Source: Patescibacteria group bacterium UBA6532 (GTDB taxonomy: Bacteria; Patescibacteriota; Minisyncoccia; Minisyncoccales; UBA6532). Taken from it: 64,000 nucleotides of DNA. The stretch spans positions 5,805 to 69,804 of the forward strand of contig DJKW01000001.1 in NCBI GenBank assembly GCA_002434805.1. The letters run 5' to 3'. A program made the position numbers and the translations under genes. This document shows, one piece after another, positions 29,645 through 40,549 of the stretch; within the stretch, counting starts at the first letter, position 1; each line of letters begins with the position of its first letter. The notes beneath the pieces are model-generated. The model made no database searches. It was not told the DNA's origin and worked only from the letters and a program-made list of their open reading frames with translations.

Positions 29645-30784
29645 CTACTTTTTATTCCCTTGATTTAAATAATCAACGATGTATTGAGAAATTATTCTGC
29701 CAGCTTCTGGCTTGGAAAACTCTTTAGCTTTTTGAGACATCTTCTCTAACTCTTCAGGATTGGAAAATAGATATCTTAATTTTTCCAAAAAGAAATTTGG
29801 GGTTAAGTTCCCTTCTTCAATAACTATAGTAGCTTTTGCCCGAGAATAAGCATAGGCGTTTTTAACTTGGTGATTTTGGGCAGCTCCCAATAATGGCACT
29901 AAAATGCTTGGTTTTCCAAGAGCTGAGATCTCAAAGATGCTCCCTGATCCCGCCCGGCTCAAAATCAGACCGGAAGCCTCGTAAGCGTGCCTTAAATCAG
30001 TTTCCTTTAAAAAAGGAACTAAATGATAATATCTTTCCGATTTTTTAGTTAAAACCACTTTTGCTTCAGCTTTTACTCCTTTAAAGTTATTTTCTCCGCA
30101 CTGGTGAATTACTTCAAATTCTTTTAAAAACTCAGGCAATATATTTAAAATCATATCGTTGATTTTCTGAGCTCCCTGAGAACCCCCCAAGATTAAAATT
30201 ATTGGCTTTTCTCCGCTTAAATTAAATATTCTCTTTGCATCATCCTTTGATCCTTTTAAAACCGCTTTGCGGATGGGATTTCCAGTAATAATTATTTTTT
30301 TCACAGAAAAGTATTCTGTCTTGGGAAATGAAGTAAAGACTTTAGAAGCAAACTTGCTTAAAAACTTATTTGCCAGTCCCGGAGAAATATCAGATTCGTG
30401 AAGCAAGATAGGAACTTGTAAAATCCAGCCGGTAACAACAACAGGCAAGGAACCATAGCCTCCTTTGCTGAAAATTAGGTCAGGAGCTAAAAAGAAGATA
30501 TGAAAGAAAGACTGGAAAATTCCAATTGGAACCTTAAATAAGATATCAATGATATTTTCTAAAATGCTTTTTGGGGTAAGATACCTCCTGATCTTTCCCG
30601 CTAAAATTTCTTTGACTTTAATCCCCTCTTGGGAAAGTAAAATATTCCCAAATTCGTCTTTGGGGCCGATATAATAAAAGTCTAAGGATTTTTCTGATTG
30701 ATAAATCCTTCTTATCTCCCTGGCTACAGCTAATATTGGCAGAATGTGACCTCCGGTACCGCCGCCGGTAAAAAGTATTTTCAT
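29645..30784 (-). CDS. murG: Undecaprenyldiphospho-muramoylpentapeptide beta-N-acetylglucosaminyltransferase
   Basis: [16 protein letters not shown] at the N-terminus, and a GT28 fold. Confidence 0.9.
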   Translation of the reverse strand: MKILFTGGGTGGHILPILAVAREIRRIYQSEKSLDFYYIGPKDEFGNILLSQEGIKVKEILAGKIRRYLTPKSILENIIDILFKVPIGIFQSFFHIFFLAPDLIFSKGGYGSLPVVVTGWILQVPILLHESDISPGLANKFLSKFASKVFTSFPKTEYFSVKKIIITGNPIRKAVLKGSKDDAKRIFNLSGEKPIILILGGSQGAQKINDMILNILPEFLKEFEVIHQCGENNFKGVKAEAKVVLTKKSERYYHLVPFLKETDLRHAYEASGLILSRAGSGSIFEISALGKPSILVPLLGAAQNHQVKNAYAYSRAKATIVIEEGNLTPNFFLEKLRYLFSNPEELEKMSQKAKEFSKPEAGRIISQYIVDYLNQGNKK

Positions 30785-31998
30785 ACGCTTTTTGATATAT
30801 TAAGTAATATTCCAACTCCAATCAACTCAGCTACTAAAGCTGACCCTCCGTAGCTTATAAAAGGAAGAGGGATTCCGGTTAAGGGTAATATTCCCACCAT
30901 GGCCCCAATATTAGTTAAAGCCTGAATGATAATCCAGCAGCTAACCCCCAAGGCTAAAAGCTTAGAAAATTTATCTTTAGCTCTTTTGGCAATCTCAATC
31001 CCCCGCCAAAAAAAGATTAAAAAAGCAATTATTAAAATAAGGCTGCCGATAAATCCAGTTTCTTCGACAAAGACAGCAAAGATAGCGTCTGACATTGGCT
31101 GGGGAAGAAAGCCTAATTTTTGAACTCCCATTCCCAATCCCAATCCAAATATTCCTCCAGATCCAATAGCGATTAAAGCCTGCTTTACCTGATATCCTAT
31201 TCCCATGGGATCAATATCGGGATTCAAGAAAACCAAGAGTCGGTTAATACGATAAGGGGCGATATTTACTAAAACAAACAAGGAAGCTAGGGATAAAGAA
31301 ACTATCAAGACGCTGTGAAAAATTGGTCCTCCAGCCGAAAAGTAAATCAAGATTGCTACTAAAGTAATTATTCCTAAAGTGCTAATATCCGGCTGGGCAA
31401 TTAAAAAAGAACCGATCACTCCAATTATTATTAAAAAAGGAATAAACCTGTCAGTGAGACCTAGGGTAAGATTGGAAAAGTTAAATCTCTTAACTTTGGT
31501 TCTCCAGGTTTTCTTTATATTAGAATTTGGAGTTAAATAGTCAACTCTGGAAAGCCAAGCTGCTAAATAAATAAAAAATGTTATTTTTAAAAACTCCGAT
31601 GGTTGAAAAGAAATAGGACCCAAAGAAATCCAACGTGAAGCCCCCCAAAAAGAACCTCCTAATGATGGCACAAAAACAAGAGCCATTAAAATTAAATTTA
31701 GAAAAAGTAAACGTGGTGCCCATTTTTTAAAATCAAATAAAGAAATCTTAAAAGCTAAAAAAGCCAAAATTATCCCAAGAATTAATCCGTATATTTGATG
31801 GGTTAAAAAATAGTACGGGGTGCCAAATCTGTCTAAAGAGGTTAAAGCCGAAGCGCTGGCTAAAGCTAAAATGCCTAAAACGATTAAAATAATTACGGCA
31901 CCTAAAAGAATATAGTCTGGATGATTATCTTTTGGCATATTTTTTAACAAACTTTTTAAATAAATTTCCTCTTTCTTTATAGTCCTTAAAGATGCCAA
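30781..31998 (-). CDS. ftsW: SEDS-family peptidoglycan glycosyltransferase FtsW/RodA
   Basis: Ten TM helices and the conserved SEDS loops. It sits between murD and murG. Confidence 0.85.
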   Translation of the reverse strand: MASLRTIKKEEIYLKSLLKNMPKDNHPDYILLGAVIILIVLGILALASASALTSLDRFGTPYYFLTHQIYGLILGIILAFLAFKISLFDFKKWAPRLLFLNLILMALVFVPSLGGSFWGASRWISLGPISFQPSEFLKITFFIYLAAWLSRVDYLTPNSNIKKTWRTKVKRFNFSNLTLGLTDRFIPFLIIIGVIGSFLIAQPDISTLGIITLVAILIYFSAGGPIFHSVLIVSLSLASLFVLVNIAPYRINRLLVFLNPDIDPMGIGYQVKQALIAIGSGGIFGLGLGMGVQKLGFLPQPMSDAIFAVFVEETGFIGSLILIIAFLIFFWRGIEIAKRAKDKFSKLLALGVSCWIIIQALTNIGAMVGILPLTGIPLPFISYGGSALVAELIGVGILLNISKSV

Positions 31999-33148
31999 AA
32001 GATGGCGAGGCTGATGAAAGAAGGCAAATTTTCCCTTTCAAAGTATATTCATAACCCAGCTTAACAGCATCTGACATATTATTTACGAAAAAATGCTTTG
32101 GCGCTTTAATCTTTTTCTTCTTTGCCAAAGAAACAATCTCTCGCCAGATTCTCTGGCCGGTGGTCGGAAATAAAATAACTGTTTTTATCTTGCTATCAAG
32201 GATCGTTCTGGCTAACTGGCTAAAATCATAATGCCTTTCAAATCCGCCCGTAATTATAGTCTGAACATTCTCCCCTAAAGCTTCAATAGCCAAAATAGAA
32301 GCTTTTGGAATAGTGGCTAAAGAATCGTTATAAAACTTTATTCTCTTGAATTCTCCTGCAAATTCCAAGCGGTGGGGCAAACCCTTAAAACCTTTTAATG
32401 TCCTCTTAATAATTTTCTCTGGGGTTTTAAATATCCTGGCTACAGCTTTAGCAGCCTCAAAATCAGCTTCATAAAATCTGCCCTGGAATCTGACTTTTTT
32501 AGCTAAAGAATCCTTGGCTATCTTTAAAACAATCTTGTCTTCAGCATTAAAAACCAGATAGTCTTTTTTTGTTTGAAACTTAGTTATATTAGCCTTGGCC
32601 TTAATATAATCTTTAAAGCTGGAGTAATAATCAAGGTGCTCTCTATAGATATTCAAAAGAACAGCAATATGAGGACTTTTCTTAAGACCTGCTAACTGAT
32701 GACTGGAAAGTTCGTAAACATAAATATCCTTTTTAGTGGCAGAAGGTAAAAATTGCAATACTGGTTTTCCAATGTTTCCTACCAAATAAACCTTCTTTCC
32801 CCAATTCTTTAATATTTGGTAGATCAAAGAACTGGTAGTGCTTTTTCCTTTAGTACCGGTAATGCCAATAATTTTCCCGGGACAATTTTCAAAAAAAATC
32901 TCGGTTTGAGAAGTAACTGTCTGGCCTTTCTTTAAAAAAGGCTTAATTACTTTTGTGGGAATGCCGGGTGACTTAATTATAATATCATAATTCTTAAGAG
33001 ATTTAAGATAATCCTTTTTTATATCCTTATCCCCTACTCCAAAGGCCTTTTTTGGAAATATCTTTTTTAAAAATTTAATGGTATCTTTGCCCTCTCTCTT
33101 AAATCCGAGTATTAATATTTTTTTCTTTTCTAAATCTTTTAACTTCAT
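31925..33148 (-). CDS. murD: UDP-N-acetylmuramoylalanine--D-glutamate ligase
   Basis: Mur-ligase P-loop [13 protein letters not shown], in the dcw context. Confidence 0.85.
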   Translation of the reverse strand: MKLKDLEKKKILILGFKREGKDTIKFLKKIFPKKAFGVGDKDIKKDYLKSLKNYDIIIKSPGIPTKVIKPFLKKGQTVTSQTEIFFENCPGKIIGITGTKGKSTTSSLIYQILKNWGKKVYLVGNIGKPVLQFLPSATKKDIYVYELSSHQLAGLKKSPHIAVLLNIYREHLDYYSSFKDYIKAKANITKFQTKKDYLVFNAEDKIVLKIAKDSLAKKVRFQGRFYEADFEAAKAVARIFKTPEKIIKRTLKGFKGLPHRLEFAGEFKRIKFYNDSLATIPKASILAIEALGENVQTIITGGFERHYDFSQLARTILDSKIKTVILFPTTGQRIWREIVSLAKKKKIKAPKHFFVNNMSDAVKLGYEYTLKGKICLLSSASPSFGIFKDYKERGNLFKKFVKKYAKR

Positions 33149-33512
33149 TATATCTTAAAAATAACATAAATTGAGTTAAAAATAAATAATGGCGAGATAA
33201 TCTCGCCGTAAATAAAAAAGCTCCTACTCTTAAGCTCTAAAATCTAATTCTGAACCTAAGAGTAAGAGAGGAAGAAAATACAAGATTTTCTTCCTTTCCC
33301 TTATTTCCACTGCCGAGCAATGGATGGACGCAAGCTGGAAATTTGAAACAATCAGTATCAATAATCTTATATGTCTTGTTTTATACTAATGCCAGTATCC
33401 GCTCTGATTCTTTTAGTAAAGAACTGTTTACGTCCAGAGAAATATTGTTATTTAACCATAGCTCTCTGGAAGCAAACAATATTTTATTTTTAATCTACTT
33501 TCTTCTACATTC

Positions 33513-34931
33513 TTATTGTAGCATACCTATATAATTTGTCAAGTATTTTAGGTCTTTTTTAAACCTAACGGGCAAATTGTGTTGATTATTCCAGGACTTC
33601 ATTGTTCTTTGAGACTCTTTCTTTAAATTAAGATGCTTTGGCAATATCTTTTTTTCAAAATACTTTAATAGAAATGGTAATTCATTCAATTTACTGGCTT
33701 TTTCCCAGCTTAAATAAAAAGCTACTAAGCTTTCTTTTTTTGTTCCAACGCATTCAAAAGGTTTAAATTTTCTTTCTCCAATTAACTCTTTCATAATTAC
33801 TAAAAGTTCTTTTTTAGTAAAAAGGTTCTTTTTAAAAATCCTGATTAGATCTCTTTGTTTTAAAAATGGATAGAGCACGGCAAAGACAAAAAGACACTTT
33901 GGACATTTGCCGCACCACCCTTTAATAGGCTTCTTTCTGCCTGAATTTGTTTTATGGGCTTCGTTACAGCTCAGAAAAGAAAAGAAATATTTTGGGTATT
34001 TTGAAAACAATTTAGCTATTTGAATTTCATATAAAGGCCTTAAAAAGCTAAAATATTCCACTTCTTTTGCCAAATACTTTTTAGAATATTTTCTGAATAA
34101 ATTTTCAAACTGGAAGCTTTTTGACCACTGATGGTTAATATTTCTCCCTAAATACTTTAGATTTCCTTCGTTTGAACTTCTCTCATTAGAGAAGGCAATA
34201 AACTTATGATCGAAAATTAAAGCGAGCAAAACGCTCAAAAAAGCCAAATAGGCGGAAAACGGGGTGTGGCCGTTTAAATATCCCTTTTGGTTTAATTTAA
34301 GCAAATTCTTATCGATTCTGCGCTCCACTATTATGGGATTTTGGCAATGAGCAGCCTTCATTATCTTTTTTGAAGCTAAAGTAGGATTTAGAGAAAAACA
34401 ATTAATATTTCTTTTTAAAATTTCCATAGTTATTACCGAATCTTTCCCTCCGCCCACCGGAACCAAGACTTTACTTGTTTTAAGCTTTCCTCGGTACTGC
34501 TCTCTTCTTTCAGCTCCTTTAAAATCATTTGAAATTTTCAAAAAATTAGGGTCAGTAAAGTTAATATTATTCTCGTAAAAAAACTGGCCCATTCCATTAA
34601 AGATTAAATCCTTCCACCACTTAATCTGCTCTTTATTTAAATATCCGGCCTTAATAATGATTTCTGGAGAACTGGCTGCTTTCCAATAGGAAAGAACTTC
34701 TATTAACCCTATATGAAAAACTAAATTATTTAATACCCTATCCCCTATTAAAGCCAGCCTTTTCTTGTCAATTCCCTTAATGGTTATTTCTGGAGAAAAA
34801 ATAATATCAGGTTCAATCTTAAACTGAAAAAACATCTTAAAATTATTATTTAAGATGTTGTAAGAATATTTTTCGTAAACGAATTTAGGATGCTTTTCCC
34901 TTAAATTTTTAACTCTGTTATTGGTTTTCAT
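33513..34931 (-). CDS. PP-loop (SGGxDS-like) ATP-pyrophosphatase superfamily protein with a C-terminal C-x17-CxxCxxC zinc motif. Its function is unknown.
   Basis: VLVPVGGGKDSVITMEIL PP-loop at about residue 160, and a C...GWCGKCPKC cluster near residue 340. It has a ~150-aa N-terminal extension. Confidence 0.45.
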   Translation of the reverse strand: MKTNNRVKNLREKHPKFVYEKYSYNILNNNFKMFFQFKIEPDIIFSPEITIKGIDKKRLALIGDRVLNNLVFHIGLIEVLSYWKAASSPEIIIKAGYLNKEQIKWWKDLIFNGMGQFFYENNINFTDPNFLKISNDFKGAERREQYRGKLKTSKVLVPVGGGKDSVITMEILKRNINCFSLNPTLASKKIMKAAHCQNPIIVERRIDKNLLKLNQKGYLNGHTPFSAYLAFLSVLLALIFDHKFIAFSNERSSNEGNLKYLGRNINHQWSKSFQFENLFRKYSKKYLAKEVEYFSFLRPLYEIQIAKLFSKYPKYFFSFLSCNEAHKTNSGRKKPIKGWCGKCPKCLFVFAVLYPFLKQRDLIRIFKKNLFTKKELLVIMKELIGERKFKPFECVGTKKESLVAFYLSWEKASKLNELPFLLKYFEKKILPKHLNLKKESQRTMKSWNNQHNLPVRFKKDLKYLTNYIGMLQ

Positions 34932-34967
34932 TTACTTAAGTCAGTTTAGTATAACAGAATTTCCCTG

Positions 34968-36044
34968 CTAACCCAATAACCTTATACCAACTCCTATAAC
35001 AGCTGCTACGACGCCGATAATCCAAAATCTCATGGTTACCTTGTAATGAGGCCAGCCCTTAGCTTCAAAGTGCAAATGAATAGGGGCAGCTAAAAAGATC
35101 TTCTTTTTAGCAAATCTTTTAGAAAGAAGCTGTAAAATTACTGACCCCGATTCTATAACCAATAATAAGGCAATAATCGGTAAAACCAAAACCGAATCGG
35201 TTAAGAAAGCAACTACGGTAAGAGCCGCAGTTAAGCCCATAATTCCCGTTTCTCCCATATAGAATCTGGCCGGAGGAATGTTAAACCAAAGAAAAGCCAA
35301 TATTGCTCCCACTATGACGGCGCAAAAAGCAGCTATATCAAATTGGCCCAGGGCCAAGGCAATGGCAGTAAAAGCTCCGAAGATAACCGCAAAAGAACCT
35401 CCAGCCAAACCATCCAAGCCATCAATCACCCCGCCAGAATAAGTTGCCATCATTACCAGGACAAAAAAAGGCAGATACCAAATACCAATTTCAAAATTAC
35501 CTATTCCTGGAACATAAATGTATGACCAGCCTAGCTTGTAAAAAAACCACCAAGCGCCGATAATCCCCAAGGCAGCAATCAACAAAAGCCGGTATTTCAA
35601 ACTCAAGCCGCCTCCAATATATTTTCCTTTACCAATAACTTGCAAAATGTCGTCTGACAAACCGACAAGGGATGCTGTTACTAAAGCAAAAAGAGGAAGC
35701 CAAGTTTGAGAACGGCTGAGAAAATTAAGCTTTTGAAAAATCCAAATATCAGTTCCAGATAATAAATAAAATACAAAGGCAAATATTAAGGGGATTGTCC
35801 AGATTAATATCCCCCCAAAACGAGGAATATTAGTTTCTCCTTTAGAATGGAATTTTTGAAAAATTGGGGTTCCTCCCCCGTCAATTGCTACCTTTCTCAC
35901 CTCTTTGCGCCAAAGCTTGTATTTATAAAGGAAATGAGTTAAAAACGGGGCTGTTAAAAAAGCTAAAATAAAGCCTCCAGTTCCCAGGGTAAAAATCTTA
36001 ATAATATTAATTGTGCTTTCAGGGCTAATATACATAATTACCAT
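34968..36044 (-). CDS. mraY: Phospho-N-acetylmuramoyl-pentapeptide transferase
   Basis: DGLDGLAGG motif and ten TM helices. Confidence 0.85.
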   Translation of the reverse strand: MVIMYISPESTINIIKIFTLGTGGFILAFLTAPFLTHFLYKYKLWRKEVRKVAIDGGGTPIFQKFHSKGETNIPRFGGILIWTIPLIFAFVFYLLSGTDIWIFQKLNFLSRSQTWLPLFALVTASLVGLSDDILQVIGKGKYIGGGLSLKYRLLLIAALGIIGAWWFFYKLGWSYIYVPGIGNFEIGIWYLPFFVLVMMATYSGGVIDGLDGLAGGSFAVIFGAFTAIALALGQFDIAAFCAVIVGAILAFLWFNIPPARFYMGETGIMGLTAALTVVAFLTDSVLVLPIIALLLVIESGSVILQLLSKRFAKKKIFLAAPIHLHFEAKGWPHYKVTMRFWIIGVVAAVIGVGIRLLG

Positions 36045-37021
36045 TTATAGGCTTTGGGAAGCCAGTTTATTAATTCTTTCATGTCTTTAAAGCGGTCTTC
36101 AGAACCCAAAATAACATTTACGAGATAACCCTTGCCTTTTGGCGCCTCTAAAATTAAAATAAGGCATCCTTGGGCTTCAGGAGTCCAGCCTGTCTTACCG
36201 CCAATGATTCTTGAAACCCAAGGCTCATCTGCCGTTAAAAGCTCATTGGTATTAATAAGCTTGTGGTGAAAAACGCCGTCTGAATCATAAAGGTCATATT
36301 CTTTTTTAGAAAGAATCTCCCAAATTAAAGGATAATCAAAAAGATTATCAACTAGTTTTACTAAATCTTTAGCAGTAGAGTAATTTATTGGATCTTCCAA
36401 GTCGTCTGGATCAAGACCGGTAGAATTTACAAAAAAAGTGTCTTTGAGGCCGAATACATTGGCTTTTAGATTCATCCAGCCAAAAAAATTATCCTCTCCC
36501 ACTAATTGAGATATGGCAAAAGCAGCATCATTGCTAGACTCTATTAAAAAAAGGTAAAGAAGATTTCTAATACTAAGTCTTTCCCCGATTCTCAGATTTC
36601 CGAAATCACCTTCTTCTTCTACTGCTTCTTTGCTTATCTCCACAACTTGATCTAAATCATAATTTTCCAAAACAAGATAGGCTGTCATCAGCTTGGTTAA
36701 AGAGGCAATGGGCAGTTTTCTCTCGCTCTCTTTATCAAAAAGAACTCTGCCTTCTTTCTGAGAACTGGTAAATAAGACAGAAATTATTGTCTTGGCTGAA
36801 AGTTCGAGTTCTTCTATTCTATGATCTCTTATTGGCTTTAAATCCCGTAATTCTTTTTCTAAAACAATGGTTTGAGCTTGGGCGGATAAAACTTCAGGGT
36901 TTTCTGCCATTTCCCGCCAAAATAAAAAATGCTCGAGATTGCTTTCTAAAATATTGATTCCCTGCCAAAGAGGAATAGCTACTAATAAAGCAGCTAAAAA
37001 AATTATTATTCTTTTCTTCAT
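36038..37021 (-). CDS. dacA: D-alanyl-D-alanine carboxypeptidase (S11, PBP5-like)
   Basis: SxxK (SLTKLMT), SxN (SSND) and KTG (KTGWT) motifs. Confidence 0.8.
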   Translation of the reverse strand: MKKRIIIFLAALLVAIPLWQGINILESNLEHFLFWREMAENPEVLSAQAQTIVLEKELRDLKPIRDHRIEELELSAKTIISVLFTSSQKEGRVLFDKESERKLPIASLTKLMTAYLVLENYDLDQVVEISKEAVEEEGDFGNLRIGERLSIRNLLYLFLIESSNDAAFAISQLVGEDNFFGWMNLKANVFGLKDTFFVNSTGLDPDDLEDPINYSTAKDLVKLVDNLFDYPLIWEILSKKEYDLYDSDGVFHHKLINTNELLTADEPWVSRIIGGKTGWTPEAQGCLILILEAPKGKGYLVNVILGSEDRFKDMKELINWLPKAYKW

Positions 37022-38424
37022 CTTTTTCTTTTCTTTGGCTTAACAATCTTAAGGTATAACTCTTTTAACTGCTCTTCACTTACTTCATCAGGGCTATTCA
37101 TCATTAAATCCTGGTTGTCTCCTGTCTTTGGAAAAGCCATCACTTCTCTAATATTGGGTTCATTGAGAATTACAGCCATAAATCTATCAATCCCTGGAGC
37201 TATTCCTCCATGAGGAGGAACCCCGTAGTCAAAAGCTCTTAAAATGTGACCGAATTTTTCTCTTACCTCTTTCTTTTTGTGTCCCATTACCACGAAAACT
37301 TCTTCTAATATTTCTGGTTTATAGCTTCTTAAGCTCCCGCCGCCAACCTCATGGCCATTCAAGACAAAGTCATATTGATGGGCTAAAACTTTTCCCGGGT
37401 TCTTTTTCAGTTCTTTAATGTCTTTAATTTTTGGACGGGTAAATGGATGATGGACAGTATCCCATCTCTTTTCTTCTTTCCGCCATTCAAACATGGGAAA
37501 GTCAACGATAAAAGCAAAAGCCAGCTCATCTGGATTTTTTTTATCCCTTCTTAAATCGGGCTTATCGGTCTTATATCTTTTCATTGCCTCTTTATATGAA
37601 ATTCTCGGAAAAGGAATTTTGGAAATTCTCTTTTCCGGAAGGAGCTTTCTAACTAACTGAATAAAAAGGCGCTCTATTAAATCCAATATTTCTCCTTGGT
37701 CCATAAAAGACATTTCCAAATCCAGCTGGCTGAATTCAGCTTGGCGGTCAGCCCTTGGATCCTCATCTCTAAAACAGCGGGCTATCTGAAAATACTTTTC
37801 AATGCCGGCAACCTGTAAAAGCTGCTTGTACTGCTGGGGGCTTTGAGGAAGAGCGTAAAATTTTCCCGGATAAGTTCTTGAAGGAACCAAGAAATCTCTT
37901 GCTCCTTCAGGAGTAGATTTGGTTAAAATCGGGGTCTCTACCTCAATAAAGCCTTCTATTTCCAAAAATCCTCTCATAAACTGGATAACCTTTTGCCGGG
38001 CAATTAAATTTTTTCTCAACCTTTCTCTCCTTAAATCCAAATAACGATACCTCAATCTCTTCTCTTCTGTTATTTCATATCCTGAAGTATCAATAGCAAA
38101 AGGAAGAGTTTTCGCTTCAGATAAAACTTCTAAATCCTTAACAGAAATCTCTATCTTCCCGGTTTCAACTTTTGGATTAACCATTCCTTTTGGCCTTTCT
38201 TTTACCTGGCCTTGGACTGAAATTATCCACTCTGGCCTGATGGTTTGGGCCAGCTTATATATTTTCTCTTCTTTCGGGGTAAAAACCAGCTGGAGGACCG
38301 CACTTTTATCTCTTAAATCAACAAAGATAATTTTACCGTGCGATCTTAGAGATCCGACCCAGCCGGAAACCTTAACCTCTTTTCCAATATATTTCAGAGT
38401 GTTGATATTTTCTACTCTTTTCAT
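37018..38424 (-). CDS. aspS: Aspartyl-tRNA synthetase, short form lacking the GAD insertion
   Basis: FRDEDPRADRQAEFSQLDLEMSF and GGGSLR class II motifs, at 468 aa. Confidence 0.85.
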   Translation of the reverse strand: MKRVENINTLKYIGKEVKVSGWVGSLRSHGKIIFVDLRDKSAVLQLVFTPKEEKIYKLAQTIRPEWIISVQGQVKERPKGMVNPKVETGKIEISVKDLEVLSEAKTLPFAIDTSGYEITEEKRLRYRYLDLRRERLRKNLIARQKVIQFMRGFLEIEGFIEVETPILTKSTPEGARDFLVPSRTYPGKFYALPQSPQQYKQLLQVAGIEKYFQIARCFRDEDPRADRQAEFSQLDLEMSFMDQGEILDLIERLFIQLVRKLLPEKRISKIPFPRISYKEAMKRYKTDKPDLRRDKKNPDELAFAFIVDFPMFEWRKEEKRWDTVHHPFTRPKIKDIKELKKNPGKVLAHQYDFVLNGHEVGGGSLRSYKPEILEEVFVVMGHKKKEVREKFGHILRAFDYGVPPHGGIAPGIDRFMAVILNEPNIREVMAFPKTGDNQDLMMNSPDEVSEEQLKELYLKIVKPKKRKR

Positions 38425-38432
38425 AATTTTGA

Positions 38433-39665
38433 TTATATGGTTTCTTCAATTTCTAATAACTTATTATACTTTACCACTCTTTCTCCGCGAGCCACGGTTC
38501 CTGACTTAATAAACTCAGCTTCAATGCCCACGGCAAAATCTGCAATAAAGTTATCGCAGGTTTCACCCGATCTATGAGAAACTATTATCTTCCAGTCAAA
38601 ATCTTTAGCCATCTTAACTGCCTCCATTGCTTCAGTAACCGTTCCAATTTGATTAATCTTTATAATAACGGCGTTAGCGGCCTTCTTTTCTTGGGCTTCT
38701 TTTATTTTTTTGGAATTAGTAACCAAGAGGTCGTCTCCAATAACCATAATCTTTTTTCCAAATTTCTTTGTAATTTCCTCAAACCCTTCCCAATCTTCTT
38801 CTGAAAAAGGATCTTCTAATCCTAAGATTGGATATTTTCCAATCAAGTCTGAATAATAATCAAGCAAGCTTTTTCTTGTTAATTCTTTTGATTCAAGCTG
38901 GTATTTTCCTTTCCGATAAAACTGGGAAGCGGCGCAGTCTAAAATAAATTTTATCTTTCCTTCATAGCCGGCCTCTTTGACTGCTTTTTCAATTAAATCA
39001 AGGGCTTCTTTAGAGCTCTTAAGAGGCGGGGCAAAACCGCCTTCGTCTCCCACGTTAACGGCTAAATCAGAGTATTTTTTTATAATAACCTGCCTGAGCT
39101 GATGATAAACTTCTGTTCCAGCTCTTAAACAATCTTTAAAACTAGAAAGCTCTGGAACTATCATGAACTCTTGAATGTCTAAATCATTTCCGGCATGAAT
39201 CCCCCCGTTTATTACATTAAAGCAGGGCTTTGGTATAATGCCCTTTTTGCCTGAAATTTCAGCTAAGTGCTGATAAAGAGGCATTCCTTTAGCCGTAGCT
39301 CCAGCTTTGGCCACAGCTATAGAAACCGGAACAATAGCGTTGGCTCCCAGTTTTGACTTATTTTTAGTTCCGTCCAATTCTATCAGTAATTTGTCTATTT
39401 CTTTCTGGTTGATTGGATCTTGCCCTATTAACTTAGGAGCAATAACCTTATTAACGTTTTCCACTGCTTTTAAAACACCTTTACCATGGTATCTCTTCCC
39501 CCCATCCCTTAATTCTACAGCTTCATATTTACCCATAGAGGAACCCGATGGAGCTGCGCCAAAGAATGATCCCTGATTTGTAATTAAATAAACCCCAACA
39601 GTGGGATCCCCTCTGGAATCTAAAATTTCCCGTGCTTTTATGGATTTAATTCCAGCATCTTTCAT
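38433..39665 (-). CDS. eno: Enolase
   Basis: SHRSGETCDNFIADFAVG, plus an N-terminal enolase domain. Confidence 0.9.
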   Translation of the reverse strand: MKDAGIKSIKAREILDSRGDPTVGVYLITNQGSFFGAAPSGSSMGKYEAVELRDGGKRYHGKGVLKAVENVNKVIAPKLIGQDPINQKEIDKLLIELDGTKNKSKLGANAIVPVSIAVAKAGATAKGMPLYQHLAEISGKKGIIPKPCFNVINGGIHAGNDLDIQEFMIVPELSSFKDCLRAGTEVYHQLRQVIIKKYSDLAVNVGDEGGFAPPLKSSKEALDLIEKAVKEAGYEGKIKFILDCAASQFYRKGKYQLESKELTRKSLLDYYSDLIGKYPILGLEDPFSEEDWEGFEEITKKFGKKIMVIGDDLLVTNSKKIKEAQEKKAANAVIIKINQIGTVTEAMEAVKMAKDFDWKIIVSHRSGETCDNFIADFAVGIEAEFIKSGTVARGERVVKYNKLLEIEETI

Positions 39666-40549
39666 TGATTTATTTCCTCTAAAAACTTTTTAAGCTCGGG
39701 TCCGAACTTAGGATGATTTAAAGAAAAGTAAAGATTGGTTTTTAGCCAGCGAAGCTTGTCTCCGCAATCAAGCCATCTCCCTTCAACTTCGTATCCGTAA
39801 ATCATTTTACCGTCTTTCACCATTTGCTTGAATGTATTAGCTAGAACTATTTCTCCTTTTTGGCTGGCCGGGGTTTTTTTAAGATAATCAAAAACTTCAG
39901 GAGTTATAATATATCTTCCCAAAACAGCTAAATCAGAGGGGGCTGTATCAATAGATGGTTTTTCAATAATATTTTTAATTTTATGCAGCCTGGAAGCAAT
40001 TTTTTCAGTATCTACCACCCCATACTGAAAGAGTTCTTTTTTAGGTAATTTCTTTAAAGCAAGAATCGGCTTTTGACAGGTTTTAAAAACTGAAAGAAGC
40101 TGGGAAAGGCAGGGAATTTTTGAATCAACTAAATCATCACAAAAAAAGACTGCACAGGGTTCTTCTCCTATCAGTTTTTTCGCTTGTAAAATAGCGTGGC
40201 CGTCGCCCAAAGGTTCTTTCTGGATAACATAAGTAAAGGAAAGCTTCTCTGAGAGTTCTTTTAAATTTTTAAGTTCATCTAAAAGATATTCTTTATCTCG
40301 GCTTTTTAAAATCTTCTCCAGTTTTGGTGCATTTTCAAAGTAATCTACAATCTCATGGTTCTTTTTAGCCGGACGGGTGACAAAAATAATCTCTTCAATA
40401 CCAGCAGCTATAGCTTCCTCAAGAAGATACTGGATAATAGGTCTATCAGCTAAGGGCAAAAGTTCTTTGGGAAAGGCCTTAGAAAGCGGTAAAAATCTGG
40501 TACCCAAACCAGCAATTGGAATAATGGCTTTTCTAATTTTTGTTATCAT
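39662..40549 (-). CDS. galU: UTP--glucose-1-phosphate uridylyltransferase
   Basis: AIIPIAGLGTRFLPLSKAFPKELLP. Confidence 0.8.
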   Translation of the reverse strand: MITKIRKAIIPIAGLGTRFLPLSKAFPKELLPLADRPIIQYLLEEAIAAGIEEIIFVTRPAKKNHEIVDYFENAPKLEKILKSRDKEYLLDELKNLKELSEKLSFTYVIQKEPLGDGHAILQAKKLIGEEPCAVFFCDDLVDSKIPCLSQLLSVFKTCQKPILALKKLPKKELFQYGVVDTEKIASRLHKIKNIIEKPSIDTAPSDLAVLGRYIITPEVFDYLKKTPASQKGEIVLANTFKQMVKDGKMIYGYEVEGRWLDCGDKLRWLKTNLYFSLNHPKFGPELKKFLEEINQ

